NCBI RefSeq assembly: GCF_009914755.1
Contig: NC_060930.1
Reading direction: 5' to 3' (one strand)
Length of the DNA stretch: 64,000 bases
Origin: the human T2T-CHM13v2.0 reference genome, Homo sapiens
The translations under genes were made by a program, and so were the position numbers. The notes below the pieces were generated by a model that made no database searches, was not told the DNA's origin, and worked only from the letters and a program-made list of their open reading frames with translations. Positions 42,150 through 60,085 of the stretch are shown piece after piece (the stretch's first letter is position 1; every line of letters starts with the position of its first letter).

Positions 42150-43701
42150 TGTGTTCGGAATTGGTGGGTTCTTGGTCTCACTGACTTCAAGAATGAAGCC
42201 GCAGACCCTCGCGGTGAGTCTTACAGCTCTTAAGGTGGCGCGTCTGGAGTCTGTCCCTTCTGATGTTCAGATGTGTTTGGAATTTCTTCCTTCTGGTGGG
42301 TTCGTGGTCTCGCTGGCTCAGGAGTGAAGCTGCAGACCTTCGCGGTGAGTGTTACAGCTCTTAAGGCAGCACGTCTGGAGTTGTTCGTTCCATCCCGGTG
42401 GGCTCGTGGTCTCGCTGGCTTCAGGAGTGAAGCTGCACATCTTCGCAGTGAGTGTTACAGCTCATAAAAGCAGCGTGGACCCAAAGAGTGAGCAGTAGCA
42501 AGAGTTATTGCAAAGAGCGAAAGAACAAAGCTCCCACGGTGTGGAAGGGGACCCGAGCGGGTTGCCAATACTGGCTCGGGCAGCCTGCTTTTATTCTCTT
42601 ATCTGGCCCCACCCACATCCTGCAGATTGGTAGAGCCAAGTGGCCTGTTTTGTCAGGGCGCTGATTGGTGCGTTTACAATCCCTGAGCTAGATACAAAGG
42701 TTCTCCACGTCCACATCAGATTAGTTAAGATACAGAGTTTTGACACACAGGTTCTCCAAGTCCCCACCAGAGCAGCTAGATACACAGTGTCGATTGGTGC
42801 ACTCACAAACCTTGAGCTAAACACAGGGTGCTGATTGGTGTGTTTACAATCCTTGAGCTAGATACAGAGTGCCGATTGGTGTATTTGCAATCCCTGAGCT
42901 AGACATAAAGGTTCTCCACGTCCTCACCAGAGCAGCTAGATACAGAGCGTCGACTGGTGCACTCACAAACCTTGAGCTAAACACAGGGTGCTGAGTGGTG
43001 TATTTACAATCCCTGAGCTAGATATAAAGACTCTCCATGTCCCCACCAGACTCAGGAGCCCAGCTGGCTTCACCTAGTGGATCCCGCACTGGGGCTGCAG
43101 GTGGAGCTGCCTGCCAGTCCTGCGCCGTGCGCTCGCATTCCTCAGCCCTTGGGTGGTCGATGGGACTGGGCGCCGTGGAGTAGGGAGTGGTGCTGGTCGG
43201 GGAGGTTCGGGCCGCACAGGAGCCCATGGAGTGGGTGGGAGGCTCAGGCATGGCGGGCTGCAGGTCCCCAGCCCTGCCCCGCGGGAAGGCAGCTAAGGCC
43301 CGGCGAGAAATCGAGCACAGCGCCAGTGGGCCGGCACTGCTGGGGGACTCAGTACACCCTCCGCAGCCACTGGCCCGGGTGCTAAGTCCCCCATTGCCCG
43401 GGGCCAGCAGGGCTGGCTGGCTGCTCCGAGTGCGGGGCCCACCAAGCCCACGCCCACCCGGAACTCCAGCTGGCCCGCAAGCGCTGCACGCAGTCCCGGT
43501 TCCCGCTGGTGCCTCTCCCTCCACACCTCCCTGCAAGCTGAGGGAGTGGGCTCCAGCCTTGGCCAGCCCAGAAAGGGGCTCCCACAGTGCAGTGGGGGGG
43601 CTGAAGGGCTCCTCAAATGCCACCAAAGTGGGAGCCCAGGCAGGGGAGGTGCCGAGAACAAGCGAGGGCTCTGAGGACTGCCAGCATGCTGTCACCTCTC
43701 A
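42150..43701 (-). mobile_element. Solo ERV9 LTR (LTR12C-type)
   Basis: On the minus strand it begins TGAGAGGTGACAGCATGCTGG and ends ...CCAATTCCGAACACA (TG...CA). 4-bp TSD AAAT at 42146-42149 and 43702-43705. Tandem CCAAT-containing U3 repeats and a GC/CpG-rich 5' part. Confidence 0.95.
42590..43030 (-). promoter_or_regulatory. ERV9 LTR promoter/enhancer: tandem NF-Y CCAAT repeats plus AATAAA TATA-like box
   Basis: gattggt at about 42625, 42663, 42792, 42833 and 42875 within repeated units; tttatt at 42590-42595. Confidence 0.75.
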
Positions 43702-46393
43702 AAATCCTGAAAGTAGCAAGAGAAAAATGACTTTATCATGTACACAGGAATAACAATACAATTAATGGTTTATTTCTCATCAGAAACCATGGAGACCAGA
43801 GAGCAGTGAAATCAATGATACACTTAAAGTCCTGGGGGAGGCGGGGAAGGCTTGGCAGCTAAGCCTTTGTATACCCTGCAAAACTTTCCTTCAAAAATAA
43901 AAGTGAAATAAAGATAATGGAAGTGATATTAGACAGTAATCTGAATCTACATGAAGAAACAAAGAGTGTAAAAAATAGTGAATAGGTGGGTAAATGTAAA
44001 AAAAATCTGTAAATACATTTTTCTCATTTCTTCTCTTAAATTTTATAAAAGATATGATTACATAAAGCAAAAATTATAATGGACTTATAATATGTAGAAA
44101 TATATTTAACAATAGTAACACAAATGAAAAATAGAGATATATTGGAGCAAAGTTTCTGTATTTTGCTAGAATTAAAATGGGTATTATTCTGAAGCAGACT
44201 GTGATAAATTAAGATGCATATTTTAGCCCCCAAAACAACTAGGAAAATAACTCAAAATCATACAGCTAAAAAAAACACAAATTGAAATCATTCCCTAAAA
44301 TATTTTCATTTAATACAAAGGAAAGGAGTAAAGGAGGAACAGAGAAACAAAAATAACATGAGAAAAAATACAAAATAATTAGCAAAATCAGACTTACATC
44401 AAACCATATCAATAATTAGATCAGATATGAATGGACAAAACAACCCACTTAAAAAGCAGGGCTATCCCTGCTTTTAACTGGATTTAAAAAGCAAGACCTA
44501 ACTACATGGTTTCTCCAAAAGGCACACTTTATAGAAAAAGACGGTAATAGGTTAAAAGTAAAAGGTCAGAAGGTGATATGCCATGCAAACAGTCACCACA
44601 ATAGAGCTGGAATGGCTATATTAATGTCAGACTAAATAGACACTTAGATAAGAAATATTACTGGAGACAATGAAGGACATTTCATAATCATAAAGGTTTA
44701 TCATAGTTTTCATAATCATCAGTATATCATAAAGATATAAAAGTTTTAAATGTATATATACCTAACAATAGAGACCCCAAATGAAACAAAAACTGAAAAA
44801 ACTGAAAGAAGAAACAGGCAATTCAGGAAAAATAGCTGGAGAATTCAATAATACTCTGCTTTCAATAATTAATAGGACAACTACACAGAAACTCAGCAAC
44901 AATATAGAAGACTTTAACAACACTATCAACCAACTTGATATAACTGACATTTATAGAATACTCCACACAATGAGTGCAGAATATGTATTCTTTTCAAGCA
45001 CACGTGGAACATTCTCATATGCTGGGCCAGAAAACAAGTCTAATACATTTTAAAAGACTGAAATCATAAAAAGTATGTTCTCTGACCACAACACAAGTTA
45101 AAGATCTCAAATAGAAAGAAATAGGGGAAAACCCAAATATTTTGAATTAAACAACATACTTCTAAATAGCCCAGGGGTCAAAGACGAAATCATTTAAAAA
45201 ATTTTAAAAATATTTCCACCTGAATGAAAATGAAAAGACAACATATCAAAATTTGTAGTGTACAACTACAGGAGTACTTAGAGGAAAAGTTATAGCATAT
45301 TCTGAGGAAAAGTGTCAAATAAATAATCTAAGCTTCCATGTTAAGAAACTAGATAAAGAGCAAACTAACCCCAAGCAAGCAGAAAAAAAGAAAATAATAA
45401 AGTTTACAGTGAATATCAATAAAACAGAAAAAAGAAAAACAATAAAGAAACAAATCAATGAAACCATAAAGTGACTATTTGACCAAGAAAATAAGAAAGA
45501 AGACACAAATAAACAAACTCAGGAATGAAAAAAGATCACATTACTGACCCTATAGGAATTAAAAGGACTATGAGGGAATATAATGAACATTACTCTATGC
45601 CAACAAACCAGATGACTTAGATAAAATGGACAAATTCCTAGAGAGTCAGACATTTCCGAAACTTAAGAACACACAGAAAATATGAATAGGACTATTTATA
45701 TTTAATATAAATAAATACATTTATAAGTAAATAAATTGAATTATTAATTAAAGTCCTTTCCACAAGGAAAGGCCCAGGCGCAGATGGTTTTGCTTGCAAA
45801 TTCTATATTTTAGAAAGAAATACTGATTCTTCACAAACTTAGAAAATATAGAAACTTCCCACCTCATTCTCTGAGGTCAGTACTTACCCTAACACCAAAG
45901 CCAGACAAAGACATCATAAGAAATGAAAATGACAGATTAATATCTCTCATGAATGCAGACACAAAAGTGCTCAACAAAATATTGGCAAACTGAATCTAGC
46001 AATATAAAAAGAGGCTCATATACCACGACTAAGTGGGATTCATCCCAGGGATGCAAAATCAAGTAATGTCAAAGCACGATGTAGGCTGACTTTTAAGATC
46101 AAGTATTTAATATCCATATTAATAAATAAAGGACAAAAAACACATGACCATCTCAACAGATGCAGAAAAGCATTTAATAAAATACAACACCTATTCACAA
46201 TAAAAACTCTCAATATGTGAGAAACAGAAGGAAACTTCCTCAACCTAATAAAAGATATCAGTGAAAAACCTACCACTAACATAAAATGAAAGACTGAATG
46301 AATGCCTCCCACTTAGGACTGGGAACAAGGTAAGGATGTCAGTTCAACTCAATGTTGTACCGAAAGTTTCAGCCAGTGAAATAAAAAAATTTA

Positions 46394-46714
46394 GGCCGGG
46401 CACAGTGGCTCACGCCTGTAATCTCAGCACTTTGGGAGGCTGAGGCAGGTGGATCACTTCAGGTCAGGAGTTCTAGATGAGCCTAGCCAACATGGCAAAA
46501 CCCCTTCTCTACTAAAAATACAAAAAAATTAGCCAGGTGCGGTGGCGGGCAAGTGTAATCCCAGCTACTCAGGAGGCTGAAGCAGAAGAATCGCTTGAAC
46601 CCGGGAGGCGGAGGTTGCAGTGAGCTGGAGGTTGCAGTGAGCTGAGATGGTGCCACTGCACTCCAGCCTGGGCAATAGAGTGGAACTCTGTCTCAAAAAA
46701 AAAAAAAAAAAAAA
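46394..46714 (+). mobile_element. Alu (AluSx-like) with internal 17-bp tandem duplication
   Basis: ggaggttgcagtgagct occurs twice in tandem. Confidence 0.94.
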
Positions 46715-46880
46715 TTAAAGACATCCAGATAGTAAAAGGAAGGAGAAAAACTGTATTTGAGGGTGATCATCTATGTGGAAAATACTAAGGCATCTATAAT
46801 AAAAAATACTAGAATTAATACATGAATTTAGCAAGATCTCAGGATATATGATTGATATATTAAAAAACTATTGTATTTCA

Positions 46881-47175
46881 GGCCAAGCGCGGTGGCTCAC
46901 GCCCGTAATCCCAGCACTTTGGGAGGTCAAGGAGGGCGGATCATGAGGTCAAGAGATGGAGACCATCTTGGCCAACATGGTGAAACCCTGTCTCTACTAA
47001 AAATACAAAAATTAGCTGGGTGTAGTGGTTTGCGCCTATAGTCCCAGCTACTCAGGAGGCTGAGGCAGGAGAATCACTTGAACCCAGGAGGCAGAAGTTG
47101 CAGTGAGACAAGATCAGGACACTGCACTCCAGCCTGGTGACAGAGCGAGACTCGTCTCAAAAAAAAAAAAAAAAA
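46881..47175 (+). mobile_element. Alu (AluSc-like)
   Basis: gatcatgaggtcaagagat; cctggtgacagag; TSD aaaaactattgtatttc. Confidence 0.94.
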
Positions 47176-47463
47176 CTATTGTATTTCTATATATCAGCAA
47201 CAAATAATCAAAAAATCAATTCACAATAACATCATAAAGAATAAAATGCTCAGGAATAAACTTAAAAGAAGTGTAAAATTCGATGCTGAAAACCGCAAAA
47301 CTTTACTGAGATAAAGAAGATCTAAATAAACTGAAAGACATTTCATTTTTACAGGTTGGAAGACTCAGTATTGTTAAGATGTCAGTTCTCCACAATTGAT
47401 ATATAAATTCAGCACAATCCCTATCAAAATCCCAGAAGACTTTTAACAGAAATTGATAATGTG

Positions 47464-47697
47464 GGCCAGTCACGGCAGCTCACACTTGTAATCCCACCAC
47501 TTTGGGAGGGCAAGGCGGGAGGATTGTTTGAGCTTGGGAGTTCAAGACTAGCCTGGGCAACATAGCAAGACCCCATTCTCTACAAAAAACATACCAGGCA
47601 TCACAGGCACACACCTGTGGTCCCAGGAGGCTGCAGTGAGATGTGACCATGTCACTGCAACTCCAGCCTGGACAACACTCTCCCTCTCTCAAAAAAA
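47464..47697 (+). mobile_element. Alu (AluJ-like, internally deleted)
   Basis: Degenerate dimer; TSD agaaattgataa. Confidence 0.88.
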
Positions 47698-48029
47698 GAA
47701 ATTGATAAGGTGATTATAAATTTAAGTAAAAATGCAAAGTGCCTAGAATAGGCAACACTACCTTGAAAACAAAGAACAAAATTAGAGGACTTGTACTACT
47801 ACCTGAACTTACGATAAAGCTACAGTAATTGAAGTAGTGTAGTATTGGTATAATGATAGGCATAGAGATCAATGGAACAGAGTTTTCAGTACAGAAATAA
47901 ATCCTTACATTTATGGTCAATTAATTTTTGAAAAAAGTGCCAAGACAATTCAATGGGAAAAAGGGTCATATCAACCAATGGTGCTGGGGCAACTGAATAT
48001 TCATATATTTATTTTTAAAACACAGAACA

Positions 48030-48348
<319 letters not shown>

Positions 48349-48465
48349 GAACAATGTAGACTCTTATCTCACATCATATAAAAAATTAACTTAAATCAAT
48401 CATAGTCCTTAGAGCTGAAATTATAAATCCTCTAGAAAAAACCATAGGAGCATATCTTCATGACC

Positions 48466-48612
48466 TTTCTCAACCTCACCATTACAGAGAATTCTTTGTT
48501 GTAAAGGATTGTCCTATCCACAAAAGGACGTTTAACTGCATCCCTGGCTGGCTCCTACTCACTAGGTGCCAGTACCAATCTCCATACACAGCTGTGAAAA
48601 TAAAAAATCATC
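48466..48612 (-). mobile_element. MER20 fragment
   Basis: tttctcaacctcaccatt...gcatccctggc...ctactcactaggtgccagtacc. Confidence 0.65.
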
Positions 48613-48615
48613 TCA

Positions 48616-48905
48616 GGCCAGGTGCAGTGGCTCCACCTGTAATACCAGAACTTTGGGAGGCCAAGGCAGAAGAATCACTTGAGCCCAGGAGTTTGAGACC
48701 AGCCTGGGCACCATAGTGAGACTCTGTCTCTACAAATAAAAAAATTAGCTGGATGTGGGTGGTGTTATGTCTGTAGTCCCAGTTACTTGGGAGGCTGAGG
48801 TGAGAGGATCACTCGAGCCCAGGAGGTCAGGGCTGCAGTTTCTTTTGTATCTCACTCCAGCTTGGATGACAGAGTAAGATGTGTTTCGCAAAGAAAAAAA
48901 AAAAA
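48616..48905 (+). mobile_element. Alu (AluJ-like)
   Basis: Dimer with J-type ttgagcccagg. Confidence 0.9.
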
Positions 48906-49255
48906 CTACAGAAAGAAACCTAAAAGACCTTCACCATGAGAAACAGTTTTCCCAACTCTGAAAAATGAACAACAGCCTTGAACTTCTGAGTTGTGGAACC
49001 CCAAAAGAGATGAAGTGATAAAAGAGCAAAAGAGACCTTTGAGAATATCACCTCACTTCTAGTAGTTAGAGTTCTGGATTATGCTCAAGAGTTTTGGCAG
49101 GTTTGCTAACACTTTACCGAATCATCATTCAGGAGTTTTAGCACAAACTACTCGCAAGGTCTCGAGTAATTCAGAGAATATTCACCAGTCATTATTAGGA
49201 TATGTTTCAGTGAAAGCATCAGCAACTCTTCATTGAATCATTTACGCAAGATTAC

Positions 49256-49406
49256 CTTCAAAAGTGATCCCAATTTGAAGAAAAAAAGAACATGCAACAA
49301 TCTAAATACACTACCAGATTGTGACTTCTACAAAGAATTTCACCAAACAAAGCTTCTTGATCTGCAGTTTCCATTGTATTCAATAACATCAGCAAAATTA
49401 AAGAAT
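49256..49406 (-). other. Candidate exon of minus-strand host transcript (151 nt; no read-through frame; contains a self-contained uORF)
   Basis: Acceptor ccacactatttttgcag| and donor AAG|gtaatc; repeat-free; stops in all three frames. Confidence 0.6.
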
Positions 49407-49794
49407 CTGCAAAAATAGTGTGGTATGGTTTACAATGCTGAATTTTAAGCCTGCTATTTAAGCATAACGAGTGTATTTCAAAGATAAGGAAGTGCATATT
49501 AAAGAATAATGAAATTTTAATTTCTCCCTCTCTAGTTACAATGCAGGATATTCAAGTATCAATTTTATTCTTTTCCCATTTAGCAGACATCAATTCTAGA
49601 CCTACACATAACAACTCAAGAATAATTTATTTTTATCACCTCTTTTCAAGTGGCAGAAAGTAAGATAGTTCTTGATGATGCTCAGAATATCTGGTTACCT
49701 CTGAGCATCCAGTCTCCAGTTCAAAATAAGAACTATCCTCCTTTTTTATCTTTTAAAATACAGATAAAGTGAATGCTTCCAGAAAATGTCAACC

Positions 49795-50090
49795 GGCCAG
49801 GAGCAGTGGCTTACGCCTGTAACCCCAGCACTTTGGGAGGCTGAGGCGGGCAGATCACGAGGTCAGAAGTTTAAGACCAGCCTGACCGACATGGTGAAAC
49901 CCCGTCTCTACTAAAAATACAAAAATTAGCCGGGCTTGGTGGGCACCTGTAAGCCCAGCTACTCAGGAGGCTGAGGCAGGAGAATCGCTTGAACCCAGGA
50001 GGTAGAGGTTGGAGTGAGCCAAGATCACACCACTGCTCTCCAGCCTGGGCGACAAGAGCAAAACTCTGTCTCAAAGTAAAAAAAAAAAAA
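49795..50090 (+). mobile_element. Alu (AluS)
   Basis: Dimer; TSD gtcaacc. Confidence 0.94.
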
Positions 50091-50714
50091 GTCAACCACT
50101 GGAAGCCAAAGTACCAAAATATGAGCTATTACTGTAAAACATCATTAAGAAAGGTCTGTTTGTAAGTTACCATAGTTATTCAACTCAAAGAAGTGGACAA
50201 ACTTCTTTTCACCAAAGGATTGGGGTACTCGAAATTCAGGTGTATGGGAAAAGGAAATTGAATATTTTAGATTTTCATTCTAACTCCCATATAAGAAGAA
50301 ATCTAAGACTAAACTGAATACAGCAAGAGTAAAGGACAGTCTCAAGTGGCAACTTGAGACTATCTGCAGGTTACATTCTCCTGTTTTCATTTATTTCAAC
50401 TGACATTTTCCCTTACAATCTACTAAACAATGATTGTAGTTCATTTTTCAAAGTAAATGTTAAATGCTTCCTGGCATGTTGAATTAGGTCACTTCAGAGT
50501 GAAAATACTCTGGTGGAATATAAAATTGACAACTATAACATTAGTAAGAATTAGTAAGAATGAAGGCAGACAGACAGCTCCAAGACCAAGAAAAACCTAG
50601 CTGGGTCTTAAAGCATTGTCGAGTCTAGGACACCTTAGATGCCAGTTCCTTGAATTAATTTACAAATTAACTAAATTAAATAATTTGTCAAAGGCTGTAA
50701 CAAGAAGGGAAAAG

Positions 50715-50910
50715 GCCTAATAGCTGTTGAGTTCCTATTCTAATGCTGGCATGTGCTAGGAATATGTATTATCTCATGTAATCTTTATAATCACCCTGAA
50801 AGAGGATATTTTTCCCAACTTACAGGTAAAGAATCTGATATTCAGAAGAGTTAAGTAACTTACTTATAGTTGAACCAAGGCAAAATTCAAACCAAGAAAC
50901 TAGACTCTTG
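50715..50910 (-). mobile_element. MIR
   Basis: ttacaggtaaagaatctgatattcagaagagttaagtaactt. Confidence 0.7.
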
Positions 50911-51339
50911 TTTTTTCTTTTATATCTCAGTGTAACCATTTTACACAATAGAGATCTTAGGCTTTTAAAAGATTCAATTAAGGAGAAAGTAATAACCATT
51001 TATTATTTCCTGATGTTATGGACTTCTATTCTAGCAGGCAGTCAAGGGGGGTAGTCACCAAACTGTGGGCTGGAAGCAAGGTACCCAGGCAAAGATTTTA
51101 GCAGGTACCAGTTTTCTTTATTTTTTTTTCACCCTGGTTTTTGGTTTCTCTCTCACTGTTGTACACCGGTAGTTTAAAAAATCATGCTCAATAAAAATAA
51201 GTAAATCACAAGACTCTGAAGTACAGCTATTCTAAGAATTTCTAGGCACATTGCATTTAGGGTAAATTCAGAGGAACTGCATTTAGTCTGGGAAGTAGGA
51301 GGAAAAGGGGTTAAAGCATGTTTCATCAGTATCATATAA

Positions 51340-51642
<303 letters not shown>

Positions 51643-51843
51643 CTAGTATCACATAATTCTTGCCAAATCCTAATCCTTCTATATTAGAGAGTTTAAAAAT
51701 GTTGATATTAGGTTCTAATCAAATAAGTAAATTTAAAACAGAATGCAAATTACCACTTTCAAAGTCTAGGTCTCAAATTTTCATGTTTCTCAATGTATAC
51801 AGGTAATTATAGAAGAGTGCCAAAACTAAACCTACACACTTGA

Positions 51844-52172
<329 letters not shown>

Positions 52173-52861
52173 GTAATAATCCATTTTTTAAAGTATGTTA
52201 ATACTGAATAACTTCTTAGCCTACGAGGCAGAGTAAAAATCGGCCTCCAAAAGTTTAAATAAATAGAGCTAACTTAAGAAAATAAGTTTAACTTAATAAT
52301 TTTACTTCTCATTTTATACTATTATGATTAATATTACCTATAAACAGGAAACAACGTGTTAAATTTATACCTCAGGACTTGTTCTGAATCTAGAGACAGA
52401 CTGTAGTCTTATCTTGTTCTCCACTGTTGCTTGTATTCTCACACATTCCTCCAGGAATTCTCCAGCTGGGCCTATCTACTTTTTCTACAAAAGTACCATC
52501 TATAACTTTTACCTAAAGCTGACAGGAGAAAGAAGTAACCCTTTTTCTTCTCCCTTAAGCCACCTGCTAGCTAATGTCCCTCTACAAGGACCTGATTGGA
52601 ATTAACTCCCACTTTCTCTCTGCCAGAGCCCATAGTTTAAAGCACAGAAGCTACGGTTCTGGCAATCAGTCAAATCTCCTGCTTTTTCTCACTCTGGATT
52701 ATAGATGAAGTACAACAGAGGTTCTAGCATGGCCCTCTGCTCCATTTCCAAAACTAGATTACTGCTTAGGACAACAGGGAAACACCTCTTTTCTCTTATG
52801 CAAATGAGTAAGATTTTCTCTTCTAAAGAAGGATCCTGTGAACATCTTAAAAATTATCACC

Positions 52862-53164
<303 letters not shown>

Positions 53165-53319
53165 TCACCAATGAAAGCAACTAACAGCAGCTAATACTCT
53201 TATGTGGTGTTGCTAAAGTTAATGCTCAGTTAGGTACAAAAACTTACCCCCTCATCCAAACCGATCAACTGAACTGATATAATTTTTGCTTTTTAAAGTT
53301 TAGCATGTAGTTATGTAGG

Positions 53320-53590
53320 TTTTATTTAGTTCAATTCCTAAGGACCTACTATGTGCCAGGCACTGTGCTAGACCTTGGAAGTACAAAGAATAAAGCCCAG
53401 CTGTTACCAAATCCATGTGCTTAACACTTAGAGTGGTTAGGCACAGGCAGGAAGAAGAGGGGAGGCTAGGGCATAAAATGCCATGAACAGTGTTTTCAGT
53501 GCCATGATAGTGATTTGCACAGCTTTAATAAACAGTCCAAGAAACACTTCCTAGGGAAGACGGTGCTGGACGTAAACCCTTTTCACAGTA
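53320..53590 (-). mobile_element. L2
   Basis: cctactatgtgccaggcactgtgctag. Confidence 0.75.
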
Positions 53591-54853
53591 TCTTTTTCTT
53601 TATTTTTGGTTAATGTTCCTTATATTATCTCTTTAATCATTTTAAACAGTCATGTTATAGCCCTTTCATGTTTTTCTGTATCTCAGGTTCCTGAGGTGCT
53701 AACCTTCCTGCTTATTTTTACTTATGGTAGGTAAGGTTCTCATATATTTATAATTTCCGATTTTGAGTTCACTACTAGGTATTATTTTCTTTGTGGCAAT
53801 CTTATTTTTTTTAATTAAAGATCAGTAATAGGAAGATATCTAGAAAATCCCCAAATATTTGAAAATTAAACACAAATTTCCACATAATCCATGGGACAAA
53901 GAGGCTGTCAGAGGGAAATCAGAAAATGTTATAAATTGAATGAAAGTAAATAAAAATATAATAATCAAAACATCAAAATTTCAGGAATGCAGAAATTTAT
54001 AGTATTAAATGCTTATATTAGAAAAGAAAGATTTCAAATCAAAGATTTAATTTTTCATTTTAAGAAACCAGAAAAAGAGCGTAATAAACCCTAAAAAAAG
54101 CAGAAGGAAAAATAAAGATCAAAGCAAAAATTGATAAAACAGAAAACAGAAAAACAAAAGAGAAAACCAATGAAACAGAAAATCTTTTGAAAAGATATAT
54201 AAACCAGATACACCTCTAGCCAAAATGATTATGAAATAAAGAAAGAAGACACAAATTAGAAATATCGGCAATGAAGGGATAGGACTCTGCTGTAGACCCC
54301 ACATACTTCAAAAAGATAATAAAAGCATATTACAAAGAACTTTATGCCCATGCATTCAATAACTTAGATGGGATGAACAAATTCCTTGAAAAACACTATC
54401 TATGAAAGTTCATGTAAGAAGAAGTAAAAAAACTAAAACAGTTCAGCCCAGATGTCTTCACTGGTGAATTCTATCAAATATTTATGGAAGAACTCATACC
54501 AGCAGCTCTTTCAGAAAACAGAAGAAAGCACTACCTACCTCATTTTATGAGGCCAGCATTACCTTGATACTAAAACCAGACAATGACAACCCTGAGACTA
54601 AAACCAGAAAGAGACATTACAGGAAAATTATTAAACAATATCCTTTATGATATCAGATGCACAAATCCTCAAACATATTAACAAATTATATCCAGCAATA
54701 TGTAAAAAGAATGATACACCATGACCAAGTACAGTTATACTAAGAACAGAAGGTTGGTTTAACATTTGTATGAAGAAATTTGTATAAAGAAAAATCATAC
54801 AATCATCTCAACAGATACAGAAAAAGCATTTGACAAAATTCAACATCCATTTA

Positions 54854-56990
<2,137 letters not shown>

Positions 56991-57379
56991 CGACAGTACA
57001 CTGGTAAAAGAAGGAAGCTTCCTCAACCTAACAAAAACCCTATAGCCAATATCATACTTAATTGTGAAAAAAATGAATTTTCCCCCTAACATTTGGAACA
57101 AGGTAGAAACATCCACTCACACCACCACTATTCAATATCATACTAGATCTTTCAGCAGGTATAATAAAAGAAAAGAAGACACACGGGCTGAAAATGAAAA
57201 AATGAAGCTTTATATTTACAAATGTCATGATTATCTATGTAGAAAATCATAAATAATCTATTAAAACCTGTTAAAACCAATAAATGAGTTTAGCAAGGTT
57301 GTATGACATAAGGCTAATGTATTTCTATATGCTAGCAATAGACAATTGGAAACTGAAAATCTAAATGTAATATCACTTA

Positions 57380-59775
<2,396 letters not shown>

Positions 59776-59919
59776 AAAAGATACAGATTTACTTTTCTAC
59801 TATTTCTTTCTTTCCTCAAAAGTAGTTAATAATCCGAATTGAAGAATGGAATGTGCTAGAAGTAAAAGGAAACTATAAAGTTTTATTTTAGTGTGAAGGA
59901 AAGCAGAAATCATTAGACT

Positions 59920-60085
59920 GTGTCATCCCCTCATTTCCATTATCAGTCTACCCTATCTACTTCTAAAATGTAAGCACCCTAATAATGGGAGCCTTGTTTG
60001 CCTGGCCAGCTGCATCCCCAGTGCATAAAACACCATACGGCACATAGCACGTATTTAATAAATATTTGTGTTAGATGAATTAACC
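59920..60085 (+). mobile_element. L2 3' end
   Basis: ggcacatagcacgtatttaataaatatttgtgttagatgaat. Confidence 0.7.

Noticed and set aside
42190-43030. Regularly spaced direct repeats resembling an array
   Set aside because: They are the normal internal U3 and U5 tandem repeats of ERV9 LTRs, not CRISPR-like
43018-43753. Overlapping long ORFs (225, 188, 122 and 102 aa)
   Set aside because: All lie in the GC-rich U3 part of LTR12C, where stop codons are rare; no protein-family similarity recognised
50335-50364. Hairpin gacagtctcaagt-ggca-acttgagactatc
   Set aside because: A 10-bp perfect core is roughly expected by chance in 64 kb, and it is too short for a pre-miRNA
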